Origin: Lingula anatina
Taxonomy: Eukaryota > Animalia > Brachiopoda
NCBI GenBank assembly: GCA_051362555.1
Contig: CM120641.1
Location: forward strand, 48,552,401-48,616,400
Direction: 5' to 3'
Length of the DNA: 64,000 bases
Positions 11,832 through 24,700 of this stretch are shown in pieces. The position numbers were made by a program, and so were the translations under genes. Within the stretch, counting starts at the first letter, position 1. Each line of letters begins with the position of its first letter. The notes under the pieces were generated by a model. It saw only the letters and a program-made list of their open reading frames with translations, did no database searches and was not told the origin of the DNA.

Positions 11832-12803
11832 ATGACAGAAACGGCTGATGAGGACAAAAATGTTGCCCAGGTAGGCTTAAATTAGTTTTGAGTGCCAACC
11901 AATAAGGCCTATGAGCCAGCAATATAAAATAACATAGGCCTACTTGATGATGGGTCTTAGTACATTAATGAACTCCTCAGGTTTTCTCCAGGTGAACATG
12001 AAAAGTAGGCCTACAGGGGCCCTTAAGTGAATGGTGTAATTCATTCCCAATATAAACTCTATGTGTGTATTAATATATTGATGTCCCCCTCTTCAGGTAT
12101 TCTGTAGTTCCACCAGGAGCTATGCCCTGCGTCTTACCCCTGGGCAGGAAATCAGGTCAGCGTTAGTGCAGTTTGTTCAGAGGAGCGGACTGAAGGCGGT
12201 CTTCGTCATGACGTGTGTGGGGAGTGTAAGGAAAGCCACACTCAGAATGGCGACAAACAAAGATGTAGGCAAGGAGGAGGTATAACAAATGTGGAGACAG
12301 CTTTGGTGATTGGCAAAGCTGCAGAAATCATTTCTTTCAAGCAAATCATAGACAAAAGTGTAATTTGTCCATGTGCAAATATATCTCTTGTACTGAATAC
12401 ATGACACATGTCATTGAGATTTGTACTTGTCTCACTGTCATTATATAATACCAGGGTATATGTCTTGTGCTTACAATTAACTTGCAGGGTATTTAGCCTT
12501 TCTGGGATAAAGATACTAGTACTATCTTTTTTGTAGATAAAAACCTTTAATGAGAATTTTGAGATAGTGTCATTGGTTGGGACCCTCAGAGGAGACAGTG
12601 AGCACCTGCACCCGCATCTCCACATCAGCCTCTCTGATGTCACTGGTCATGTGATCGGTGGTCATGTGATTGGTGACCTAATTGTTCAGACCACTGCAGA
12701 GATTGTGCTTGGAGAGTGTATGGAACTGGAGTTCAAGGATGTCATGGACCCTGAGACTGGCTATAATGAACTTGTTATTGAGAAAAGACAAAACCAAGAA
12801 TAA
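11832..12803 (+). CDS. DUF296 / PPC-domain protein; 3 coding exons, ~157 aa
   Basis: Exons 11832-11870 (MTETADEDKNVAQ), 12097-12264 (YALRLTPGQEIRSAL...VMTCVGSVRKATLRMA), 12537-12803 (FEIVSLVGTL...HLHISLSD..G.VIGGHV...TTAEIV), all phase 0 with GT-AG sites. These are the hallmark PPC/DUF296 motifs. Confidence 0.88.
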
Positions 12804-12836
12804 TATTTACAGACCCTGGTGTATGTTGATATTCTA

Positions 12837-13030
12837 AGGGACCATTCCCAGACGCTATTATACTAACTGAAGATTGACTCCTAGGGGATTCTTACAGTTA
12901 CTAAATTGCAATCAACTGAAGTGGCTTAGATATCTGACACGCCTACTGAAGCTGCAAGGGGGTAATTTTAATAGTTAAAACGATTGTTTGGTAGCTTCAG
13001 TAGGCATGCAGGACATCTAAGCCGCGTAAG
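12837..13030. mobile_element. Truncated palindromic MITE (GGGACCATTCCCAG end) just after the DUF296 stop codon
   Basis: Strong similarity to 54106-54372; internal inverted repeat ggcttagat...cctactgaagct / agcttcagtagg...atctaagcc. Confidence 0.7.
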
Positions 13031-15169
13031 ATGGTACCTGCTGTCTCCTTGCTAAGCACTCAGCATATAGTAGAGGTTGAAATCGGGGGGAAAAAAGACC
13101 AGCACTGTAGAACAACTGGGTACATACCATCATGGCATGTGGAAGATAAGCTTGTGCTTAACATAATGTGCCAGCTTGGATACACTGTAATCTATCTTCC
13201 CATCAATCATTGTTACCTGTGGAGTCACTTGAGCAGGCCCATAGCCGGAGGGGGGAGGGATGTTCGAAGGTCCGTCACGGGGTCTCTGAGTTTCAGATAT
13301 TACCAAAACATCACCCTTCATCAGCAAATTTATATTTTGATTAAGGTGATCAAAGGAGAAGGATATTATATAAATAAATCTGTATGCTTTATGTCCTGTG
13401 CAGAGTTAGATGCGACAGAGAAGCTGTAGACGCATTCTGTCACCGCAGTCTGCACCGAGTCCATGTAGTCCTGAGAGCTTTATCAAATATATGTTATGCG
13501 CGTATCAGAGTTTTTTTATGTTCCTAACATAATTTATTTGAACTATTTTAGGAATGGTGTCGCGCTGATATTTCAGTGGCAATCAGGGATGTAGGTCTAC
13601 CGGTGTGTTACGTTGTTTCCCGTATATAGGGTCTTCGTTTAAAGAGAAGTGGGGAGGGGCAGAGAGGGGGAAAGGAAGTTTAGGAGTGTAATTAGGAGTG
13701 TAATTTACTTTGGCATCCATACATTGAGTGCGCCTTTATACATGTAATAGGAAGAGCATTGTGTTGCAGCAGCTGGAATACTGCTCAACTACAACAATGA
13801 ATACGAAATAAACGTTCAAGTTCCATGACGAAAAAAAAAAAAAAAAAAAAAGATCAACATTAGAGACCGCAAAATTTTCTTGCGTGCTCTTCTCTGTGTT
13901 CATATGCAGCCAGGGTTTCCAGGTAATAACTTCCCCCGCGGACAGTCAGGGACGCATGAGCCGAGTTACACCTGGCGAGGATCACGGCGTCTCGTCTTCT
14001 TGTTTTTTTGTCCATTTTGGTTTGGTAGGGAATTTTATGCTCGTCATGACTTCTAAGTATCACTTAAAGTCTTTTAGAATTCCCAGCAGAAGGTCTGAAT
14101 CACGAGCTTGTCCTTTAAGGCTGGTATCAGAATGTCAGTCACGGCGCCAGAGGGAGGATCATACTAGCATGTTTTATCTTCAGTATTACCCGATTTGAAT
14201 ACAATCACCTCTCTTTTCTCTCTGAATATTATATAATTTTATGGTCGAACATGCTGCTACCGTCTTTGCTCGTGGTCCCTGAATTTTTTTCTTTCATTTG
14301 ACTCGCCCTCTTCTATCTGTCTGCTACACATCGATAGTTTCCACACCCGTCTAAATTTCACTCTCTTTTCTTCTAATTCGTTTTATTTTATAGACGCACG
14401 AAACACCGGAGATAAGCAGATCCCAGTGGAGAGCAGTTCCTTGAAATTTGAGATAATTTGTCTTTATGAATGATGCTTATGGTCGTTGTGCGTCTCCGCT
14501 GGGATATCTCTACGGAAGAGATATGTTATGGTGAGCGACAGTTAACCTCGGCAAACGCTACACGGAGACCACTGCGCATAGCGCTAGGCACGCGGCCAAG
14601 GCAAAACGCTCAACAAATTGGAATTGTTGATAACAATGATGTGCGTCAGCCTTGACAGTTCTTAACTGTCAATATGTCAAAAGAAATAAAAAGATGTGGC
14701 CTGAAAAAGCCCTGATATAAAGATTATATATAAATAATGGTTGAATAAAGGACTGACTTTTGTTACAGTGAACTAAGCCAAATGCTACACAACAGAAGGG
14801 GTATTAAATAACTTAATACGTTCACCCTCTCTCTCTGTCGCCATATGACAAGGAAAAGTTGATCTCTGGCGATATATATATGAAGTTTTTAGAAACCTCA
14901 GTCATATCAGTGTATTCTGAGATACAATCTATCGTAATATTATCCTTTTAAATAGCACGTATTTTGTTTTGACTGCTTGAATTACAGATATTGTGAAAAA
15001 GAAAAAAAATTCTTTAACTTATGTGCTTCTGTTCACAATTCAGAATAAATAAAATATCTATTTATCTATGGAGTTGTTAATCTGGTATCTTTTAAATACG
15101 AAGAGATGGCACCCTACTATAATCTTGGGGTGTGTCAGAAACCCTTTCAGGGGATCTATAAAGAGGAGA

Positions 15170-15402
15170 GCAGTGGCGAATTTCCTGACCCCCCTCTTCG
15201 ATTTTTGAAAAATAAAACAGAGATATTAGAATTTTAGCTAGATGAATCATAGTTCAAAACCCTACCAAATGGCACCTTTCGCCCTCTAAAAGACCCAATA
15301 TTTTGGGGCCCTTCAGCGGCCCCCGAACCCCATGCCAGGTTGGGGGGAAGGGTCGGCTTCGCATGCTCGGACCCCCCTTCCAATAATCCTGGATCCGCCC
15401 CT
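15170..15402. mobile_element. Non-autonomous DNA element, CAGGGGCGGATCCAGG family, reverse orientation
   Basis: Ends cagtggcgaatt ... aataatcctggatccgcccctg; matches 10463-10690 and 16137-16190. Confidence 0.65.
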
Positions 15403-16136
15403 GGGATGTTGAGTTTAGAGGTGGGGTTCCAGCAGTCAGGATTTACCTGTACTGAAAGTAAGCTGGACTCTGATGTCTCACGGTGACCACTCTACGATTT
15501 CTGTAGAAGAGAAATATTTATGTTAACCGGAAAAGATGTTTAAATGGAACAAAAAAATATCAATATCAACTTTGTGCAAATAAATGTAGAAAATGTAAAT
15601 TCCTCAACTATCGTAAGTGGGGGTAATGGACAGGGCAATTCGAGTATTTGTTTTCACATAAAACCTTCGACCAGAATGGGTCCCAGTTATAGCTCCAATT
15701 GTGTAAATGTCGGTTAATCATTTTGACATTTTTCCATTGTTATATACGGTACCGTCAAGATTTATAAATCAGTATTTCTATTATTAGCTAATAAGCGAGA
15801 AACACATATCCCACGGCTTGTAAAACTTTGCATATGGTTTTAAGCATCCATTACAGCTTTGAATTAAAGAAATATTTTATTTGTTTAATTTTAGCATTTT
15901 TATCAAATTTCTAGTATTGTTCCAATTTTTCAGATTTGGGGAAAGGAATATAATTATTAGTAGCGGCTGCTATAAATCAAATTATTTATCCCTAAATGAT
16001 GTGTCATTGTTATCTTAAAGTTTTTTAAAGTTATTCTTAGGTCTGACCTTCATGGACTTTTCGAAGATGAATCTTTTTTTATAATTTACAAATACATCAA
16101 CACAATTTTACACGGTAATGAGTAAGCTGTCTTAAA

Positions 16137-16190
16137 CAGGGGCGGATCCAGGATTATTTAAAGGGGGGTCCGCAGATGCGAAGCCGATAT
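16137..16190. mobile_element. Terminal fragment of CAGGGGCGGATCCAGG family element
   Basis: caggggcggatccaggattatt...gggtccgcagatgcgaagccga is the reverse complement of ~15352-15402. Confidence 0.6.
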
Positions 16191-16280
16191 TTAAAATATA
16201 TGTACGAGGATATTAGTTGGTGATTGAGAACCCTTGTTATGTATTTATTCAAACTTGTCATCTAACTTTACTAGAGACTA

Positions 16281-16500
16281 AGAGTGCATTCCCATAGATT
16301 TTAGATCGATCTATCCCCGTAGGGAGTTTCACTAGACTGTTGTCAGCCTGACCGGCTTAAATGTCTGTACCGCCTACTAAAAGCTGTAAGGGGGTAATTA
16401 ACTTTTGTGCGCTCTCGGAACCTGACAGCAATTTAGCGTGAACCCCCAAGGAGTTAGGTCGATCCGGATAGATCGATCTAAATCTATGGGAACCCAGTCT
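16281..16500. mobile_element. Palindromic MITE, same subfamily as 7321-7536
   Basis: cattcccatagattttagatcgatctatcccc ... gatagatcgatctaaatctatgggaa; collinear reverse complement of the P450-B intron copy. Confidence 0.75.
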
Positions 16501-18780
16501 AAAGCTAATTATAATGGCCGCTTACGGTTGACAAAGCGGGTGACCGACCTATAGCTGGTTGACCAGGCAAGTGTCTGAGCTAGCTGGTTGCCCTTGTCGA
16601 TCTTTCATATTACATATAGGATACAGTGAAGGCCCGCGTCCTATAATCGATTGATGGACAAAGCCCCTGTTTGACGTCTTTCCTCTCCATCGCCATGCCT
16701 TACGTGCGTGAGGCAGTGATATAGCGGCACTGCTGTCAAGTTAACGGTATTCAGATTAGCATTTGAAAGTCGCGATCGGTCTTCCACTCGAATTTCAATA
16801 TACGACATATAATGTATCCATACAGGAGAAATAAGAGTATATTTTGCACACCGTTGCTTTTATTGAAACTTTGTTAAACGCCTGTATTATGTTTCTTCTT
16901 GATGAAACAGCAAGAGCCTTACTTATGAAAGAAGGGAGTTGTGTTGCAGAATGATTATAATTCATTTTACACATCTTATATAAAGGTTTTCTGGGAATAT
17001 CCGGATGGCTACCTTTAACAAAAATAAAAATGAAATAAAAAATGAAATAAAAACTACACCGGTGAATTTAGCAAATGTTTATCGAAAGTAAAGACACAGT
17101 GACGGAAAACAAAGTTAAAAGCTACAGAAAGTACCTCTTGGTTTAGATATACTTGCACATAAATGATTATGTTGAGTTCTCAGTAGAAATAAATTCTAAA
17201 CCCTTTCTTTAGTCGCCTGGTCTAAGCTAAGTTAACGATTACATAGGCCTACGTCACTTGGCATTTTCACGGGGAAATGATTTTTTAAAAGAGCTCGTGA
17301 TAACTCAAAAGGTTGCGACATACTTCTGAGACATAAATTTCAGACAATTCTAGAAAATGTAACGATTTAACAACTCAAACCCCGAGAGACCCCTTTGATA
17401 AATCGCCATTGGCAGCGTTCCAGGGGATTCTGCGTTCAGTACATTTAATACCTCAAATTTAATGATCCGTCTGTTATCCTATTGGACATCTTACAGGTAA
17501 TATGTACCCTTTCTTCACTGCCGGAATGACATCAAAATCTTATACCAGTACTGAAGATCCCAGTTATAGATAAAGACGGCGATCTATTTCCTTGAAATAG
17601 CTCGAGTGAATTCAAAATGCGTGATTTCGATACATTTCCGGTAATGCTGCCCATCTATTTAACGCACTACAGTCAAATGTCTGCTCTTGATAAATTTTGA
17701 AAAACGACCGGAATTTCCTTCTTCTTTCATAACTTCATATTATAACTTCTTTTATAACTTCCAACCAATAACAGTTTGGCAGAAGAAAATCCTAATTTCA
17801 CCTCTAACACTCAGATTTATTTAAATGTGTGCTTTTGATTTATCATTAACTAATTAAAAAAGTATGTGACTACTTGGTGACAGACAGTTGAACCGAAGAG
17901 GTCAGTGACGGTTTTGTGGTCCGGATATTATATTTACAGTACATTTCCTTAATATCAAATACCTCAGATGTCTATCAAATAGTTCATCTAGAAAGTGTAG
18001 AAGAGTTACAAGCTGATGAAGATCTACTGTTACGATTACGTCAATGTTGAAATAATATCTAGTCTACCAGCGGACAGCGAATGCACCCATACAGCGTCTA
18101 CACTCCGAGTGTTTCTAGAAAACGAACAGCAAGCTTGCGTTTCCTGAACAGCTCGTTAAGCGTCTTCAATGAGGCGTAGCGCATTAATACCAGAATAATT
18201 CCAGAGGTAATTGACCAAAGTGTTGGCATTATTACCACTGATGTGTGTGCCCAGAACACCAAGCCGATACAATATCTTGTGCTTGTCTACTTATTGTGTG
18301 CAACGTAATTTCTCGTGCATGAAGGCGCCGATAAAGACCCTTTTACGCTTGACGTCAGCTGAGATTAACATCAGTATAGCAGCGTTCAGCCCATACTCCG
18401 GGCAGCTAAAATTTCGATGTGTACATATTTTTCCCTGCTATAAATTTCAGTTAACTTTCTGTGATCATTGGAAAAGCCGAGCTGCCTCTGCGCACACAGT
18501 AGCTGACTAAGTCAGTGGTGTGAGCGAAGGACGTGCATTCAGTAGTTGACCTCATATCCGCGCGAGGTGGTGACGGCTGATTGCCTCTCTACACTCAGGT
18601 GTAGAGACCCGTAACCTGCATTCTCACAGCGTTCTCACACCGGGTAGCAAGCCATCAGACTGAGAGCTCTGGAGGAAGACACGATTTACGACTCCTTCAC
18701 CTACGCAATGGAACCTTGTCATCACAATGAGCGTGCAGCGGAATAAAAGGGGGATCGTGTGATTAAATAAATAAAAAACA

Positions 18781-21700
18781 ATGACGGACCTCAAAGATTT
18801 CTCGAGAGAGCGAATGCTCAATGACAACAATCACACAGAAAACAACGTGGACGCGAAGCTCACTCATAACGACAAGGACGTTAAGGTTGTGCGACCGAAG
18901 CGTAGTTGGCAAAAGCATGGCTGCTATGTCAGTCGCTTACACATACTTCTACTCATCGTGGCAGGCGCTGTCGTGGTCATATCCACGGGTTTGTTGGCCG
19001 GACTGTTGGGAAGGCGGGCAGGGTGCGGATACGGGGGCAGACCTGCCTCTGCATCCAATGCGTCTCAATATCCAGACGGTGACAGCTTCTCTGGTGCCGT
19101 GACAGCCAAGAATTCTGGCCCCCCACAACCCTGGGATACCATAAGGTTACCTCGGAACATTATTCCTTACCATTACACACTCCGACTACGAGTGGACCTA
19201 GACACGTTCATTTTCAACGGGTCAGTGGAAATTAACACGAAAATAAAAAACTCGACCAACTTTATCATACTCCACAGTAATCTGCTCAATATAAGTAGCC
19301 GAGCGGTGAGAGTGACGACTAGAGACAGAAACGGAGTAAAAACTCACATCAACATCCTACAACATTTCCATGCAGATGAGAATAATTTGCTGGTGCTACA
19401 GGTGGAAAAGGCATTGTTGGCAGGGCAGGAATGTACGATTTATTTCGGGGAATTCACCGGTCCATTGAGCGATGATCTGAGAGGGTTGTACAGGAGCTTG
19501 TATAAAACAGCAGCGGGTGAAGTAAGGTATGTTTAAAATCTGACACCCACCTATTAAGTTGTTTACCTGTGTTCTTTCCCATTACCCGAGTTTAGGGTCC
19601 TCGTTGGCCTTTTTTATCTTAAATGTGCTTTTATCGGAGAGAAGATAGAAGACGTTTAATTTCTATGATGCCCTATGTTTAACGCGTGCTCGTCTCTCTC
19701 CACTACTTAAGAATTATTTCATGGCCCGTTCCCTCGCGAACTTAGTTTACCTGCACATTCCTGGCGCTGTCGTCTGTTTTTGATTATTTGTTGCATAAGA
19801 GCCGAGTTCATGAAATTACTATCGATTAAATTTAGCAGTTATTTTACTTGGGCATTGAAACGCATTGCGAAATTTGTACGCTCATGTTTGTTGGCTGTTA
19901 TAAAGGCGTTATTCAACAGAAGAAATACCATTCACAAAATAAGGTACAAGTACACCGCAATGCGAACCGTTACATTTGATGCCGTATCGCAATACACACT
20001 GCCCGGGGCAAGAGCGTCTCCTACACTGGGCTGGAACCCCAGGATACTGGTAGCGGAGTGAAGACAGGAGCACAAAAAAGCTATTCGTTCTTAACATTAG
20101 AATTTTTTATTAGGAAAACACTTTGATTTCATTTTAAGAAGTTAAGTAGTTTTACGCTGATATATTAAAAAATCTCATTCAATAAAACGACCCTGCTAGC
20201 GTTCTATAAGACCCCTCTCCCCTGTCTCCCCCCCCCCCTCACCCACCCAGCTTAAGGAATGCATCTAAAAGTACATATCAGGGTCAGATGTATGGAATAT
20301 TATTACGCGCACACAGGTGCTGTGACCCTCGAATTTCCTTGACGTTTACCCCAGTGACAAATAATAAATACCGAATGAAACTTGATTTTCTCACAAACCA
20401 ATCAGTCAAATGACGTCTACGCACTTGGCATGCATACTCGCTAAATGCCCTTACAACATCCAAATGTTCATACAAACTAAATAGAAATGTCCCTCTCTTC
20501 GTCGCTGTAATTACGCAAAAGGAATCAATAATTGTACACAAACGTCATTTCAAAAGCGTCTTTGAAATGGCTCTTTGACGGCGACAAATAAAACTCTTAA
20601 CTCCAGAAGAAACCGGGTTATCAAATAAAAACCTGTCTAGCGTTCCCGTGGCATTCTTCTCACATCTTCAACTCATTGAAAGCACATTATGTCTCTTCGG
20701 CGTTTTCGTCTGCTGACGTTTTCTTTTGTTAATTCTGAATTCGTCCGACGCGTTCATTATCATTGAAAGTGTACTGGGAGAACAGTAATCTCTTAACATG
20801 TAGCTATCGTCCTATGAATGACGTTCTTCAGAACGCTGGGCTTAATGACATTTCGCATCATAAACGTTGAGCATTTCTAACATAATCGTTTAAGAGTCTT
20901 GGTGAGTTTTTTTTTCTATTTTGGCACCCCAGTGCGTGCGTTGTTACTACGCACATAAAACTGATAATAGATGGCCGTAGGCGAACTTTTGAAACTAATT
21001 TCTCCTGTTCGAAATGCCTTATTCTTAACCCCAAGTGGGCAATTTAAATTCTTCAGATAGAACGGCAACGAAAACCATATATTTTTCGTTTGAGGCACCT
21101 CCGTTAGCAAGGAATTATAAACGTTTGATTTATCGATATCGCTATTTCTATCTTGGTTGTTCAAAGATAACTGACAAGAAGATACTGAATATGTGCAGTA
21201 ACTTTCTTCTGCTCGAGTAAGAAATATAAAACCCTTGCAGAGCAAACATTCTCTCCCCCCCCCCTTTAATTTTGAGTTTTGACGAACATCGTTCCTCAGA
21301 AAACCTGCTGACGTCACCGTCCAGTTAAGTACAAGTAGAAGTCGATTGCTGGCGAGTTTTTGGATGACTTTTACGAGAAGAAACCTGATAAGATGTCGCT
21401 ACTGGGAGCCTCTATGTATCGATTTATTGAAGTTACTGTCTTAGCCGCCCAATGACCCTGTCAGTTAAAATTGCCTCGTAAGAGTGAAAACCCACGAGGT
21501 GCCTGTCTCATTGCCACTGGTAATGTCTTATCTTCACGCCTTGTATTTCAAAAATCTCTGAAAATTGATCTGCAGGCAATAACTTTCCTTTCGTTTTATT
21601 CTCTTACAGTATAAACCAATTTATCCTCGAGAGTTAATTTTTTCTGATTAACATAATATACATTTTTAAATTTATACATTTTTAGACAGAAGCTCTGGTT

Positions 21701-24700
21701 TAAGACTGGTTTAATATAATGTTACCCGTGACACTAAAACAAGCAAATGAAAGAATAAAATGAAAATTAACCAGTCCAATCTTAATCTATTTTCTGAGCA
21801 CATTGCCAAGAAGAGTATGTGTTTCTAGGGTTGTGCAATTCTATTGAAAATCCCTGTACCGTGTGCCATCACTTCCTGGCCCTTTCACCTGTCGCTTTCA
21901 CACCTGGAGAGAGTGATTAATAGCTTCACGCGAGCTGACCAGCCAGTGCACTTTCACCCTGCACTTTCTGTCTCCGGACACCTTTCAGTAGAGATTGATA
22001 GCAGGTAGTTATGACCACTTACTTAGCGTTCACAATAACACCCAAGTGGTGAGCGCGAGGACGGAAAAGGCTGACGAGGGCACGGTGAAGTGATGACCCC
22101 TAAGTAGAGAGAACAGCCACCTGCTGGGAGCATGCATTAAGTGAATTTCCATACATCGTATTTCATATGTCATTTGGACAGCTGAGAGAAGAGTAAATAT
22201 CCCTTAGGGTCCATTCCCAATGAAACTATAGTTCTACGTAGATCGATCCCACTCCGCTGGGACTCTGGCTTGATTTAACAGATCAACACTCCCCCTTTTG
22301 TTTTCAACGTACTAGAATAATCATCAACTTTTCTGTATATACTCACCACCAGGAGTAGGTGTGTTAATCTGTTATCTGATTGCATTTAGCGAGAGCCTCT
22401 GCAGAGTTGGATCGAGCTATGTACTGTAGAACAATATTTTCATTGGGAATGAGTGCTTAGATTTATAACCTAAGCCATTCCTTTGCTATACATTCTTGGG
22501 CATATTTTGTTGTTCATGTTTGCCGATTCTGCTCCAAATATTTTTTTTTATTTCACCGTTACCGTTTCAACTATCGAATTCACTAAATAGGTTCCATTTT
22601 ACAAAAATAACTACGCCGCATCGCTGAAATTTTTGAATTGTTGAGATGTGTTTTACACGCAATCAGATTATGTGTTCAACAATTCCGTTTAAACAACACA
22701 AAAGAAAACTGTTTAGGAAATTTGATATTATACAACTAGATAATTGTAAATAGGACCAAATAGGGAAAACCTGATTTGTTCCCGCCAATAACAGTGAATT
22801 TCTTGGGTGTAATTGTCTTTACTCAACCTGTCTTAATTAAACAGATTATTTTAATAAAATGATTAAAATCATTAAAATGATTTAATGATGTACGTAGCAC
22901 ATCGCAAAACTTAACTTCGTTGCCTTAAAAAACTAAATCACGTCTTTAAATCCACTCATTTAAAATGATGCTGATTGATTTCAGATATATCGCCGTCTCC
23001 CAGTTACAAGCTGTTGATGCAAGAAAAATATTTCCCTGCTTTGACGAGCCGGACATGAAGGCGAATTTTACGGTCACGATTCAGCACACTCAAGGTGAGA
23101 TAATGGGTTATTGCACATTCTAGGGAACGCTCCCGATGTCGCGTGGACGTCCAGAATGTCGCGTCTACTCAAGTGGAGTGGTTGCTTTCTCAGCGTATTG
23201 TTTACTGCAAATTATCTTTAAAATATACAAGAACAGTTTTGTTATTGATAGATACATCTTTAAATAATTATGACCCACTCTGTGAATGCGTCACTGATAG
23301 CGCGATTTAATTTGTTTTAAACTTCGTGATTTACCGGAGCCGAGCATCATTGAAATCTAGGTAAAATATTTACAAGTTTGTCATTTTGTCTGTGGACCTT
23401 GCATTTTCATTTTATAAGTAACAGTTACACCAGCGAGACAGAGCTGACATTTTGCTATTGTTTAGAATTTCATTTGTTGCGTGCGTTGGTTTCAATTTAA
23501 AGTTCAAAGGAACAAAACATCTTCAAATAGGATAAAAATACCGGTTATAAAACAGTGTCTGTTGACATGATGCCAGTGAGAAGGAAAACCCAAAAAGCAT
23601 GTTTATTTCCACTGATAATCTAGAAACGTCATCTAAAGCCGAACTTCGATATTAGTTTTAGTAGGTGCTTGTTCAAGCAGAAAAAAGATACCTAAAAAGC
23701 AAACTGATATCAGCTGTATAAATGTCAACTATCACAAAGATTACCTGAGAAATGAAGTGTAGAACAACGCAAAAATTCAACTCGCGTAGCGAGATTTAAA
23801 AAAAGGCAATTGGTAGAATTCCAACACGCGCCAGTTTGCCTTTGTTGGAGCATCCACCGCTGATAACTTTTTATAAACTGCCCCTCCCAATACCTCAATG
23901 TTCTTACCAACCGTTTATTACTTCATGATAGCATAGATAAAAAGCTGTCTTCAAGTCATGTTGTTATGGTAATATACTGCTGTCCAATTTGTAGACCAAG
24001 ATGCCAAACCCGATTTGAACAATTGCATTTGTATGGAGAATCGGGACAGAATTCATCACCACCAACCTCTTACCAAGTTATTATTTTCATGGACCACTGT
24101 CAGACGCCATATCCCGTCTGAAGGATAAACAACCGTTTCTTCTGTGCTAGGACCGCCCCTGAACGGTTTAGTGCTCAGTCGAATCAAAGATATGAAATAT
24201 TTTTGTGAATTGCTTTCAATTTTTTTGCCAAGAAGTTGGAAGTCGGCCAGCGCCAGGGGACAGAAAAGATGAAACGTTTTACAGATTGCGTTTGTGCATT
24301 TTCTGGTAGTTTTCTTGTACTGCCTACAGTGAGTTCATTTTGTGAGGAATTACGGTTTGTGTAACCTCAACAGCCACAGGGAGGATGTAATGGGAAACGT
24401 TTGTCTTTATAGACGACGTATTGGTTTCCGAATCAATACCACAGCGGGTTATGATGTGAAAATTAAAAACAAAAATAAAATGCTCAGTATCATATAGTGT
24501 GGTATTAGGAAAGCATGACTTACACTTCCGAATCAATGAACTACAAGTCTGTTTATAGTTTGCTAAAACTAATTGTGCCGCTTCATAATTTGCTTCTTTC
24601 CGTTTTTGCCATAATTGGTGAAATCACAGACGTTTGGATTTACGTGAGAACGGAAACCCCAGGAGAAATGTAACAAAGTTTATTATGAAAGTTACTACAT

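Noticed and set aside
13031-14655. Several 60-130 aa ORFs between the DUF296 and aminopeptidase genes
   Set aside because: No recognisable motifs or consistent exon chain.
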